Origin: Mustelus asterias
Lineage: Eukaryota
NCBI RefSeq assembly: GCF_964213995.1
Contig: NC_135825.1
Location: forward strand, 26,350,001 to 26,414,000
Direction: 5' to 3'
DNA: 64,000 nucleotides
Shown here in pieces: positions 22,229-34,110 of the stretch; the stretch's first letter is position 1; each line of letters opens with the position of its first letter. The position numbers and the translations under genes are program-made. The notes under the pieces were generated by a model, which was not told the DNA's origin, did not search any database, and saw only the letters and a list, made by a program, of their open reading frames with translations.

Positions 22229-23740
22229 TTGATCTTATGGTGTGGAGTTTCCACGTTCTCCCCGTATCTGCGTAGGTTTCCTCTGGGTGCTCCAGTTTCC
22301 TCCCACACTCCAATGATATGCAGGTTAGGTGGATTGGCCTTGTTAAATTACCCCTCAGTGTCCCAAGATGAGTAGGTTAGAATAATTAGCCACGGTAAAT
22401 ATGTGGGTTTACAGGGATAGGGCAAGGGAGTGGGCCTGGGTAAGATTCTCTGTCCGAGTCAGTGCAGAATAGATGGGCCGAATGACCTCCTTCAATGTTC
22501 CCGGTAACAGCAGGACTGAGGAGCCAAGGCATAAGAAACTCGGAGTGAGGGTGGTGTGGAATGGGGAGAGCTGTCATTCAAACTACATCAAGTGAAAAAT
22601 TTACAAAGAAGAAATGCTTACTTGTCACTGAACTGAACACAGACTCAAGGGACTGTGTCTTCAGCTGGTGCTGTTAAAAGGGGATGTGGCTTGACCGGCA
22701 GTGTGCCATGCCACTCAACTTCTCCCCTCATTTGACCACTGGCTGCTTTTTGCAGCTGGGACAATAGGTTCCTGCTGCAGCTTATGGAAATGGTAGGGTC
22801 ATACTTTTTCATACAGTCAGCCATAAGTGTATCCACTTCACCGCTGACCGCAAGTTCCAGGCCATTGTTTCTTCCTGAATTTTAACCCCAAAAGCAGCAG
22901 GTTTGAATCCCGATTTAACCCACCCAACAGAGACAGGACCAGGGCTTAGGGGTGACAGGTGACCAATCGTGCACAGGAGATGGGTTGACAAATTAATTAT
23001 TATAATGAAGCTGCATGCCTCATCCTTATCCAGCATTTCAAATTTAACTCTGGCCTGAACTAACTTAAATTCAACTGTAGACGGTCCCAGTTTTGTACAT
23101 CTAATTTTCATGCTGGCTAATACATTGTCCAACTAAACCAGCAGTGTTTGAACCAAACACATGATGAAATCAGTACTCTGATTATGATGTGGAGCACTCA
23201 GATTAGGCATTGCTGCTGATGCCATAGCTAAGAGTGGCAAGGAACCAGCAGGCCTGTGTTCAAATTGCCTTAGCAGCTATCCACTCAAATCTTAGTACCA
23301 CCTTCAAGTAACATGAATGCATGTAGGAGCAGGAGCAATAATTGTTGTCGTATACAATGCAACCCTTAAAATTCTGTACTATTATATTCTAGTTAATTTT
23401 CTCCGGGTTTCCTCCGGGTGCTCTGGTTTCCTCTGAAAGATATGCTGGTTAGGTGCATTGGCCATGCTAAATTCTCCCTCAGTGTACCCGGACACCAGAG
23501 TGTAGCGACATAATAAATAGGACATTCAGTCCTTTTTTCAATTCTGACATTCAAATAGATCATGACTGATGTATCTCAATATCTTTAACCTGCTTTTGAT
23601 CTACAGCCCTTGATACGTTTGCCCAACAAAAGTCTATCAATCTCAGTCTTGTTAGGTTATCTAACAAGAGCAGAAACCCCAAAGTATGTTGTAAAGCCCA
23701 AATATACCCCAACAGTTTTTCTATTTTGGCATTAGTGTGA

Positions 23741-24032
23741 GGCGGCACAGTGATAGCACTGTTGCCTCACAGCACCAGGGACCTGGGTTTGATTTCTGGC
23801 TTAGGTCACTGTCTGTGTGGAGTCTGCATGTTCTCCCTGTGTCTGTGTGGGTTTCCTCCGGGTGCTCCGCTTCCCTCCCACAGTCAGAAAGACATGCTGG
23901 TTAGGTGCATTGCCATGCTAAATTCTCCCTCATGTACCCGAACAGGCGCCAGAGTGTGGCGACGAGGGAATTTTCACAGTACCTTTATTGCAGTATTAAT
24001 GTAAGCCTACTTGTGACACCAATAAATAAACT
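23741..24032 (+). mobile_element. V-SINE with alternative tail (...ATGTAAGCCTACTTGTGACAC-AATAAATAAA)
   Basis: HE1-like head and V-domain followed by a different 3' tail. Confidence 0.8.
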
Positions 24033-24111
24033 TAACCTAAAACATAAACTTCCCTTCAATCTTTGTGATTTATCGACTCAACTTCTAACTAGATTGATGC
24101 ATAATGCTAAA

Positions 24112-24370
24112 GTTTCTTTATTAGTGTCACAAGTAGGCTTCCATCAACACTGCAATGGAGTTACTTTGAAAATCCCCCAGTTGCCACACTCCGACACCTG
24201 TTCGGGTACACTGAGGGACAGTTTAGCATGGCCATGCACCTAACCAGCATGTCTTTCGGATTGTGGGAGGAAACCGGAACACCCGAAGGAAACTCACGCA
24301 GACACGGGGAGAACGTGCAGACTCCGTACAGACAGTGACCCAAGCCGGGAATTGAACCCGGGTCCCTGGC
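24112..24370 (-). mobile_element. V-SINE with alternative tail, inverted relative to 23741-24032
   Basis: Reverse complement of the neighbouring copy. Confidence 0.8.
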
Positions 24371-25663
24371 CCTGCTTTCTGAGCTTGATTATTTCATACT
24401 TGTCATCTAATCTGTCAGTTAAACGTTATTATTTTAGCGATTCTACCAGGCTATTTTCTAAATGAACCTTGATCTGGTGGGTTCAACTGAAGCTTTAACT
24501 TGCATGATCATTGTGAGTGTGTAGAATATTTTACAGACCATTTACTGGTATGAACACTTTAATAAGCATGCACTATGATCTCTGGTAGTCAAGGTTTATA
24601 TATAAGCAAGTTCTGTCATTATATCTGGAGAACCTTTTCCGCAAATATTATATTTTATTGGAGCAATCTGCTTCTAAATGAGCATGAGTCACGCATTTTG
24701 AGTAATTATGCGTGCTTATCTGTGGTGAGAACACACAAACCTCGCTAGTCAACTGATGGAAGAGTTGTATGAAATGTACAACTGGTTTTTCCATTTGAGT
24801 AAGAATCCACAGTGGAAGAAATAAAGCAAGTATTGAAGAAATTAATGAGGGAGGCAGTAAATGTTGATTCATGTCCCGGCACACTCCATTCTGTTCTAAC
24901 GCAAGGCCACCCAAATTCTAAAATAAGCCCAGATGTGCCAAAGCAACATAAAGAAGAGTGCTTGTGTGCGTTATACATTTGAGCGATGTGATGTGAGATA
25001 GGAGCACGGTGTACCTTATTTACTCAGTTTGTTGACTTAGCCACAGAAGAAGCCCATATCCTTCGTGAAAGGAGCAAATGGACATGGTTCAAAGTCAATA
25101 GTTAAAGGAGCATCTTGCTGGTGATGTTTTGCTTCTCAGCACTGATGTCAATGCATCCACTCAGTTCTCAAAATGATTGGCAGCGCACGACTTCAAGGTT
25201 TTTAAACAGCACAGTGGGAAAACTACAGCAGAAATTCAGTTTGCAAAGACAACAAGCTGACCAGGCTTGAAAACAAACTAAACTCATCAGCTGGAAAAAT
25301 ACATTCTCACTTCATCTGAGATGTTGACGTTCTCCAAGGGAATCCCTTTGGCCAGTGTTGCTGGAATGTGTCCGTTTTTGTATCATATGCATTACATAGA
25401 GAACCCACAGAGCTCTTAAAAGCCGCTCTGTTGTTCGAGCAGCTACAGCTTTGCTGAGATAAGTCACATTCATTCATTCATTTGCACCAGTGATTAACTT
25501 GAAAATATTAAATCCTACAATTAATTCTCTATTTGGTTTGATTGTAACCACTTCTGTTTGTTTTACATTTAAGTGGTTACCTGAAAGAAGTGTTCCCAAC
25601 CGATTTTAAAATTTCATTTTCCACATTGTTCCAGGCAAACTCTTCAGTTACTTGCCTTACTTT

Positions 25664-25676
25664 CCACTAGATGGCA
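25664..25676 (+). promoter_or_regulatory. Candidate CTCF site
   Basis: CCACTAGATGGCA matches the core consensus CCASYAGRKGGCR in apparently unique sequence; motif evidence only. Confidence 0.35.
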
Positions 25677-26366
25677 ATGCCAAACTATCAGAAGGGAGAA
25701 AGAAAATGAATGATTGGTAAAAAGTTTGGCAGCGACCCAGATCGTCAGGCATTGACAGCAGGAGCGTGTGACACAGCGAGTGACAATATTAGGGAGGGAA
25801 ACAGGAGAAAATGTTCAAGGGTGAATGTAAAGCCAAAAGAACAAAAAGGTTCTGAAAGTCACTGCAAACTAAACAGGGTCAATGTTTTCCATCCATTCAA
25901 GTTACACAGCAGATTTTGCGAGTGGCTTTGGGCACAAAGGGTGCAAAGTATTTTTGCACAACTCCAATTCAAGAAACACAATAATATTTTGTGTTTATAA
26001 AAGATGGGGAGGTATTGCTACCCTAACTCAATGCCAATCCGCATCAGAAAATTACAGAAGCACAAAGGGGCAGGGAGTCTAACTGAGATACAGGAAATCC
26101 TTTGAAGACAGTAAAGGTGGAAATGTAGAATGTATGTAATTCTGTAAGTCCGATAAACAGAGATGAAGCTTCAACAATGACCATAAACTTCCTATCTTCT
26201 TCTGCTTCACTCCTTACTTATTCAACGCTTGATAATTATATAATGGGTAGAATCTTGAGCCCACTCTCTCTGTACACGGGATTGGCAGTGTGGGATCAAA
26301 ATGTGGAGAGTTCAAAAAAAGTGTGAATCTCACTGGCAAGATTGCATTTTCCGATTTTGAGCTAAC

Positions 26367-26474
26367 CACACTGGCAGTGTGATGTGAAAGACACACTGGC
26401 AGTGTGATGTAGAAGGCACACTGGCAGTGTGATGTGAAAGGCACACTGGCAGTGTGATGTGGAAGGTACACTGG
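26367..26474. repeat. 25-bp tandem repeat with palindromic core CACACTG-G-CAGTGTG
   Basis: Cores at 26367, 26392, 26417, 26442, partial at 26467; another copy at 27028 beyond the CR1 insertion. Confidence 0.9.
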
Positions 26475-27020
26475 TCCCCTTATTTGCGGAAGGATGTACT
26501 GGCCTTGGAGGGAGTGCAGAGAAGGTTCACCAGGTTGATACCAGAGATGAGGGGGTTAGCTTATGAGGAGAGATTGAGTAGATTGGGCCTGTACTCGTTG
26601 GAGTTTAGAAGGCTGAGGGGAGATCTTATAGAGACATATCAGATAATGAAGGGGCCAGACAGGGTAGAAGCAGAGAGATTCTTTCCACTTAGAAAGGAAA
26701 CAAAAACTAGAGGGCACAGCCTCAAAACAAGGGGGAGTCAGTTTAGGACAGAGTTGAGGAGGAACTTCTTCTCTCAGAAGGTAGTGAATCCCTGGAATTC
26801 TCTGCCCATTGAAGCAGTGGAGGCTACCTCGTTAAATATGTTTAAGTCACAGGTAAATAGATTTCTGATCAATAAGGGAATTAAGGGTTATGGGGAGCAG
26901 GCGGGTAAGTGGAACTAAACCACTATCAGATCAGCCATGATCTTATTGAATGGCGGAGCAGGCTCGAGGGGCTAGATGGCCTACTCCTGTTCCTATTTCT
27001 TATGTTCTTATGTTCTTATG
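26472..27020 (+). mobile_element. CR1-type LINE 3' fragment
   Basis: WSPYLRKDVLALEGVQRRFTRLIP...TRGHSLK...FFSQKVVNPWN; 3' UTR and (TTCTTATG)n tail. Confidence 0.9.
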
Positions 27021-27637
27021 TGGAAGGCACACTGGCAGTGTGATATGGAAGGCACTGGGGAAGGGTGGGGATCTCATTTGAATGCATCAGCATATCATTA
27101 GCGAGCACTCACTCTGGATATTGAGGCTACACTAAATGCCATGCCAACGTTATTTACAACAGCTCTACCTGACCGTCAATCTGACAACTTCACCTTTGAG
27201 GGGGTTAGCCGAGGTGAGCGCTCAGACAGCCATTACTTCTCAGGCAATCTAAAACTTAAAGGGAACCAGGGAGAATGCTGGGGACACAGAGAGGTGCAGC
27301 TCAGGGCCGGGCGTGAGGATCACTGTCACCATCCAGTGGGGGGGTTGTTGGGGGGACTGTGTGTGGGTCACTCAGAGGCCTTACCTTTCCTTCATATCGG
27401 GCCACCTGTTGCCTATTTACTGGTTAATCCCATCGAGATGTGAGTATCTGTGCTGGAGCTCGGTGTGGGTGACAGCTGAGACGCTTTTCCCATGATTGGG
27501 TCTGAAAAGTCCCCCTCGGAGCTGCTCGAATCTGGTTGGTCCAGGGGCGTGAGGATGGTCCAGCCTGTTTGGCTGTTTTACCTGCAAGAGTAAGGAGATG
27601 GCATTAGTGCATTACAGGGGATAAAGGAAACGACATT

Positions 27638-29448
27638 GGGCCCGATTTTACCAAAGGTTCGCGCCCGTTTTCAGGCGTGAAATCGCGGTAAATTCAGGCA
27701 TCGGGCCTTTGACGCGATCTGCACCCGAATCCGAGCAGATCGCGGCTTTACCAACACCCGATTTGGGCGCTGATCCGGTCCACGCCTGACGATTTAAATG
27801 TATTAGCATGCATTTAAATCGATTTAATGAACTGCCCGCCCAACTCTATCGCCAAACCCAACTTTACCACCGCGCGGCCCAATCCGGATCCGCTCTTTTA
27901 GCGACCTGCTAAATAAAAGTCGGAAGCCGGCACTACCTCAGTGAGGGTTGGCGAGGAGGTAGATGCATGGCGTCCGAAAGCTCTCCGGTACTTACGGGTG
28001 TCTTGTAGTCACAGCCATTCCGCCGTCCCGGGTCGGTGGCTCTGCAAGTGTGTGGGGGGGAGGGGGGGAGGATGGATCTCTGGTTGGGGGGAGGATGGAT
28101 CTCTGGTGGGGGGGAGGAGGGGGGAGGATGGATCTCTGGTTGGGGGGCAGGATGGATCTCTGGTTGGGGGGGAAGGAGGAGGGGGAGGATGGATCTCTGG
28201 TTGGGGGAGAGGAGAGGGGGAGGATGGATCTCTGGTTGGGGGGGAGGATGGATCTCTGGTTGGGGGGGAAGGAGGAGGGGGAGGATGGATCTCTGGTTGG
28301 GGGAGAGGAGGGGGGAGGATGGATCTCTGGTTGGGGGGGGTGAGAGGGGGAGGATGGATCTCTGATTGGGGGTGGAGGGGGGGGAGGGTGGATCTCTGGT
28401 TGAGGGGGGAGGTGGGGGGGGGGAGGGTGGATCTCTGGTTGAGGGGGGGAGGATGGATCTCTGGTTGGGGGGGAGGTGGGGGGGGAGGATGGATCTCTGG
28501 TTGGGGGGGAGGAGGGGGGAGGATGGATCCCTGGTTGGGGGTGGGGGGAGGAGGGGGGGAGGATGGATCTCTGGTTGGGGGCGGAGGACGTAAACCATTC
28601 CAGGCACATAAACCATTCATTATCTTTACTGTTGAAGGATAGGAATTAAAACATTTGAATGTTTTAATTCCTGTCCTTTAACAGTAAAAAGCATCTCTTT
28701 TCAAAATATTGTTACACTTTAGAAAGTTAATAAACTAATTTTTCTGCATAAACTACCATTACATTCATTTGATCTAAAATATTAAACTGTCTACGTTATT
28801 CCTAGATGTTCCTGGGACTAGAAATTTCTTCTAAAGAACTGTTGCTTCATGATATATGCTACAAGTGCTGGGTTTGTTATTTTTTATTTTACAATATGTT
28901 GATGGGGAGACGTCTTTGTGACAACAGGAATGAACAGACACTCACAATGATATGGATGTACTTTGTTCTGTGTGGTCGAAGATTCTCAGAAATGCACATT
29001 TTATTTTTCACTTGAGGCCTGCAAGTTGACACAATCAGCCCAAAATAACCCAAGCAGCTCACAATCATTACTGAGACAAAAGTAGACAGTTGAAATAGAT
29101 GCGAGTGTAATCTTTCGACAAAAGCTTTGAATAGCGTTATCAGATTGTTAGGACAATATTTTCTCTAACAACAGCAGGTATAATTATTGCCAACTGTTCC
29201 ATGTGTCAGAGAGATGCTCTCTCTGCTTTTTACTTTCCCGCCTGGGCGCGTTGCTTCAGATTTTTTTTCGAACTGCGCATGCGCAGTTCAGAGCTCCGAT
29301 CGTTCCGGCAGCGCTAAGCCCCGCCCACTGCGCGGATCGGACCGGAGCCGGCAAAAAGCGTATGGGCGCGCTGCAAAGAGGATTCTGGGTTCAGATCTGT
29401 ATTATGCCCGGATCCGGCCCTTAGACTCCAAATGGTAAAATTGGGCCC
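27638..29448. mobile_element. Harbinger-type MITE with G-rich minisatellite and AT-rich cargo
   Basis: TIRs GGGCCCGATTTTACCA / TGGTAAAATTGGGCCC; TSD ATT (27635-27637, 29449-29451). Confidence 0.85.
28060..28582 (+). repeat. G-rich minisatellite (GGAGGATGGATCTCTGGTTGGGG plus variable G/A tract, ~16 units)
   Basis: Directly visible; G-quadruplex-prone. Confidence 0.92.
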
Positions 29449-29686
29449 ATTGATTACTCACTTGAGGCTGAAGGAATGACAGCATGTTTTGAGGGTTCTA
29501 ACATTTGTCTGCAGCCCTCACTTCACTATCAGTGCAGTCATGCTCTTCCTTCACCCCAGCCAGAACGAGGACTCTCTCATCAAATGGCATGAGTATTCTG
29601 AACTCCAGCATTACTCCGGCTGGGTGTGCTTGCTCACACTTGTTGAAGTTGAGTTTATCCTGCAATGACACAGGTAGGGAGGGTGT

Positions 29687-30353
29687 AGAGTCATAGAGTC
29701 ATAGAGGTTTATAGCATGGAAACAGGCCCTTAGGCCCAATTTGTCCATGCCACTTTTTTTTAAACCCCTAAGCTAGTCCCAATTGCCCGCATTTGGCCCA
29801 TATCCCTCTACACCCATCTTACCCATGTAACTCTCTAAATGCTTTTTAAAAGACAAAATTGTACCCGTCTCTACTACTACCTCTGGCAGCTTGGTTCAGA
29901 CACTCACCACCCTCTGTGTGAAAAAATTGCCCCTCTGGACACTTTTGTATCTCTCCCCTCTCATCTTAAACCTATGCCCTCTAGTTTTAGACTCCCCTGC
30001 CTTTGGGAAAAGATATTGACTATGTAGCTGATCTATGCCCCTTCTTATTTTATAGACCTCTATAAGATCACCCCTCAGCCTTCTACGCTCCAGAGAAAAA
30101 AGTCCCAGTCTATCCAGCCTCTCCTTATAATTCAAACCATCAAATCCCGGTAACATCCTAGTAAATCTTTTCTGCACTCTTTCTAGTTTAATAATATCCT
30201 TTCTATAATAGGGTGACCAGAACTGTACATAGTATTCCAAGTGTGGCCTTACCAATGTCTTGTACAACTTCAACAAGACGTCCCAACTCCTGTATTCAAT
30301 GTTCTGACTGATGAAACCAAGCATGCTGAATGCCTTCTTCACCACTCTGTCCA
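29687..30353 (-). mobile_element. CR1-type LINE 3' fragment
   Basis: ORF 29896-30345 (LYKTLVRPHLEY...RGDLIEVYKI...TRGHRFK); same subfamily as 48087-49485 and 62183-62640. Confidence 0.9.
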
Positions 30354-31829
30354 GTGGTAGATGGGAGTGTTGACATTTAAGATGGTGATTGTAATGACTT
30401 TAACGAGGTGGACCTGTTGGAATATGAACTCCCTGGTTGATGCTGTCCAATCCCCGGAGCCTTGCAGAGGTACATAATGTGGAGTATCTGGGTTACCGGC
30501 ACTCAGGGTGTATACTCTGTACTGGGAAATACCTGTCTGAGTATTAATAACACTTGTAAATAAAGTTGGATTTGGTGGAGAGACACCAGCCTTGTGGGAG
30601 TTATTTCAGTGATGAGGTGTGGTAGGCATGGATCTGGAGTGGGAGCTGGAGTGTGAGAAGATTGCCAGTGAGTAGGGGGGAACATGGTTATTGGGGGAGG
30701 GGGAGGAAGGTCTCCTGACAGATATTGGCGAAGGCTGAAGTGGCTGGGTGAGAGGTGAAGTTGGAGGTGTGAGGGGTCCAGAAAAAGACTGCATGAGGCT
30801 CACTTAATCTGGCAGGGTTCATTTTCTTACGACACTGCTGCTTCATCCTCTGTTGTAGCGAATTGGCACTCACAAGGGCGGTCATTGCATCCCAGGCGGT
30901 GGTGGTGACCTTGGTGGGAGGCCTTCCCCAGGAGCAGGATAGAGTGCATTCTGCCTCTGCTATACTCCATCCAGCACTCTGATGAGGGCTCCTTCCGAGA
31001 ATCAAGATGTGGGCCGGGATACTCCGGAGCCGTCGGCTGGATTCACTTAATTTTTCCCGCCCGAACCGACACATTGTCAAATTCTGATAAGATCGTCCCC
31101 CCCTAAGAATTATGACAAATCTGTGTCGGAAGACCTACAGCAGATGATCATGGGGTGAAACGCTGCTATAAATACATTACACTGCGGTGTTCTCGTAATG
31201 AACACATTGAGAGTGAGAGAAACTAGGAAAGTAACATCTCATGCTGTGTTTGTTGCATCTGATGTTAGCAGTGTTCCAACAGCATGAAAACTAGCTGGCA
31301 AAATTAGATATTTAATAAAACTGAATCAATTGCAAACGTTTTGCTCTTAAAAGAAAGGATAAGTAAGAATAAACCCATCAATAGCTTTCTATCTGTTTAG
31401 TTCCTTTGCCCCCCTGTTTCTCTCCTGTGTTCTATTACTTACAGCTGTCAGCTTTGAATAACCACATTTTATTTGTGTGACCATAAGCATTGTAAAAAAA
31501 GAAAGAGAAGATTGTAGTATTCGACTGATGTTTTACTGGAAGATAAAACACACAGGCCCAACTTTAAGTTGGATTGAGCAGTGTACATGGAGCACTAGTG
31601 GACTGAAAATTGCAATGGATAATTTACTGCTGCCATAACCTGGCATTTTGACCACAGTTATCTTGGAAGAGTGGCTTGTGTGCCCTGCCATCCTCAGTGA
31701 TGACTCTTTTAACATGTAAACAGGTATCCTGTGCCATACGCAGGACCCTCATTTCAATTTGGAAGAAAAAAAATAAGCAGAGTGTTTATTTCCCCACAAC
31801 TTATGCTTTATTCATATAATTTTATGAGT

Positions 31830-32402
31830 ACATAGAAACATAGAAAATAGGAGCAGGAGGAGGCCATTCGCCCCTTCAAGCCGGCTCCAACATTTATTAT
31901 GATCATGGCTGATTATCCAACTCACCTTCGCCCCATATCCTTTGATTCCCTTTGCCTCAAGTGCTATATCTAATGCCTCTTGTAAACATTCAAAGTTTTG
32001 GACTCAACTACTTCCTGTGGTAGCAAATTCCATAGGTTGACCACTGTCTGGGTGACAACATTTCTCCTCATTTCTGTCCTAAACCGTCTACCCTGTATCT
32101 TCAGACTCTGACCGCTGGTTCTGGACATCCCCACCATCAGGAACATCCTTCCTGCATCTACCCTGTTTAGTCCTGCTAGAATGTTATAGGTTTCAAGACA
32201 TCTCCCCTCATTCTTCTGAACTCCAGAGGAAAAAGATCCTCATATGCCAATCCTGCCATCCCAGGAATCAGTCTGGTAAACCTTCTCTACACTCCCTCTA
32301 GAGCAAGAACATCCTTCCGCAGATAAGGAGACTATTCCAGGTGTGGTCTCACCAAGGCCCTGTGTAATTGTAGCAAGACATCCTTGCTCCTGTACTCGAA
32401 TC
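31830..32402 (-). mobile_element. Decayed CR1-type LINE 3' fragment
   Basis: CATAGAAACATAGAAAATAGGAGCAGG tail; minus strand encodes a LVRPHLE-like remnant (~32335-32360). Confidence 0.75.
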
Positions 32403-33087
32403 ACATCACATCAAGGTTGACATTACATAAGGTGCAGACCAAAGCAGTTTCTTCCAAAGTTTCAATGTTACTCACTACACTTGCAATTACAATTAACATC
32501 ATACTCACGATCTGAGCAGAGTTTGGGTGATACTGCACATTCGGTCCATTCCTTTATCTTTGCAGCTCTTCACCTTCTCTTTGCGTTGAATGATCACCAT
32601 CTTCACATAGCTTGAAGTTCTCTCTCCCTATTCAAACATTCAGCCTGCAGATTCTTTTCCAAAGCAACACTTTTGTCATAGCTCAGTAAGTTTATTATCT
32701 GATTGCGAGTGATTCAAGCTTCTCACAAGCTGATTTCACTTTTCCTCTCTGCAGGTTATATAACTTTTCCAATTCGTACAAAGCCTGGATCACTTGTGCA
32801 CAAAAGTCAGGATTCATTTTCATTGTACGTTGGTTAAGAATGTAAGGCCTAGCACCTCCTAAACAGCCCAAATTGGAATTTTCTTCCCCTCTGACCCCAC
32901 CATTTTTGCTGGTGGCTGTGCCATTAGTGCCCCTGAAATAACTCCTCAGAGGTCGGTGTCCCTTCACCAGATTCCCTTTATTTACAAACTATATTCCATT
33001 CCTAAAAGTGCTTCTGGCACAAAGTCAGAATCTGGAGTGCCAGTAGCCCTGACACTCCTCAATATATACACAAGTGACACTCCCTGA

Positions 33088-33340
33088 TTTATTTTGATTT
33101 GATTTGATTTATTATTGCCATATGTATTAACACACAGTGAAAAGTATTGCTTCTTGTGCGCGATACAGACAAAGCATACCATTCATAGAGAAGGAAAGGA
33201 GAGAGTGCAGAATGTAATGTTACAGTCATAGCTAGGATGTGGAGAAAGATCAACTTAATGCAATCCATTCAAAAGTCGGATGGCAGCAGGGAAGAAGCTG
33301 TTCTTGAGTCGGTTGGTATTTGACTTCAGGCTTGTGTATC
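33088..33340 (-). mobile_element. Rex1/Babar-type LINE 3' end
   Basis: RYTSLKSNTNRLKNSFFPAAIRLLN C-terminal motif; AATAAATCAAATCAAAT tail; sister copy at 63735-63995. Confidence 0.7.
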
Positions 33341-33774
33341 TTGGGCAGGCTATCATTACCTCAATCAGGGAGCTCATATTCCAAAAGGCCCATCTCATTG
33401 AGCTCGTTGAAGTCATTACACGCCCATGTACAAATGACGAAGAAATTGGGGGCACAGGTCCTCAAAGGGTTTTCATTTTGTTGCCTGGCATATCATTGCC
33501 TCCCGGGGCTACTATGCAGAAGGTGGTGCAAGGCCCAGGACAATGCTCCAAGGTAGACGCACAGACGTTGGAGAGATTGGGTGAGATTTTCTGGCCTCCC
33601 TGTCGTGTGTTTGTCATGGTGGGAGGCAGAACGCCATTCACCAGTGGTGGGATCTTCTGGTCCCGCTGCTGCCAAAGGGATTTCCCCTTGAACCCACCCC
33701 ATACTGCTGAAAAATCTGCACTGGGAGTATGCAGTTGGCAGGCCTGGAAATTCCACCGGCAGACAGCTCCAGCC

Positions 33775-34110
33775 AATATATTAGAATGGTTGGAGAATTG
33801 GTTAAAGGACAAAAAATAGGGAATATGAATAGAAACATAGAAACTAGAAGCAGGAGTAGGCCATTCGGCCCTTCGAGCCTGCTCCGCCATTCATTTTGAT
33901 CGTGGCTGAATATCAAATTCAATATCTTGATCCCCCCTTCGCCCCATATCCCTTGATCCTTTTAGCCCCAGAGATATATTTAGTTTCATCTTGAAATCAG
34001 ACAACGTTTTTGCCTCAATGAATAGATCATTTTCAGGTGGGTAGGCTGTTACAATTGGTGTGCCACAAGGATAAGTGCTGGGTCGCAGTCATTTGCATTG
34101 TATATTTAGC
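33775..34110. mobile_element. CR1 RT remnant (+) interrupted by a CR1 3' tail (-, ~33826-34020)
   Basis: ILEWLENWLKDKK on the left and VTIGVPQG on the right flank an inverted tail sequence. Confidence 0.6.

Larger units (their letters stand above)
26245..31103 (-). mobile_element. Decayed Harbinger element carrying nested insertions
   Basis: TIR-like ends GGGTAGAATCTT / AAGATCGTCCCC; Myb/SANT-like remnant on the minus strand at ~30800-30960 (GRPPTKVTTTAWDAMTALVSANSLQQRMKQQCRKKMN). TSD unclear. Confidence 0.45.

Noticed and set aside
22622-22875. Possible minus-strand exon ending at a GTAAGC donor
   Set aside because: All three frames contain stops before the donor, and no protein similarity is recognised.
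26367-26474. Palindromic 15-bp repeats at regular spacing as a CRISPR array
   Set aside because: The 10-bp spacers are near-identical, so it is a simple tandem repeat.
28060-28582. Constant repeat with variable spacers, superficially CRISPR-like
   Set aside because: Spacers are short G/A tracts, the context is eukaryotic, there are no cas genes, and it lies inside a MITE; it is a minisatellite.
27933-28642. Overlapping 200+ aa Pro/Gly-rich ORFs
   Set aside because: They arise from the stop-free G-rich minisatellite and are open in several frames on both strands.
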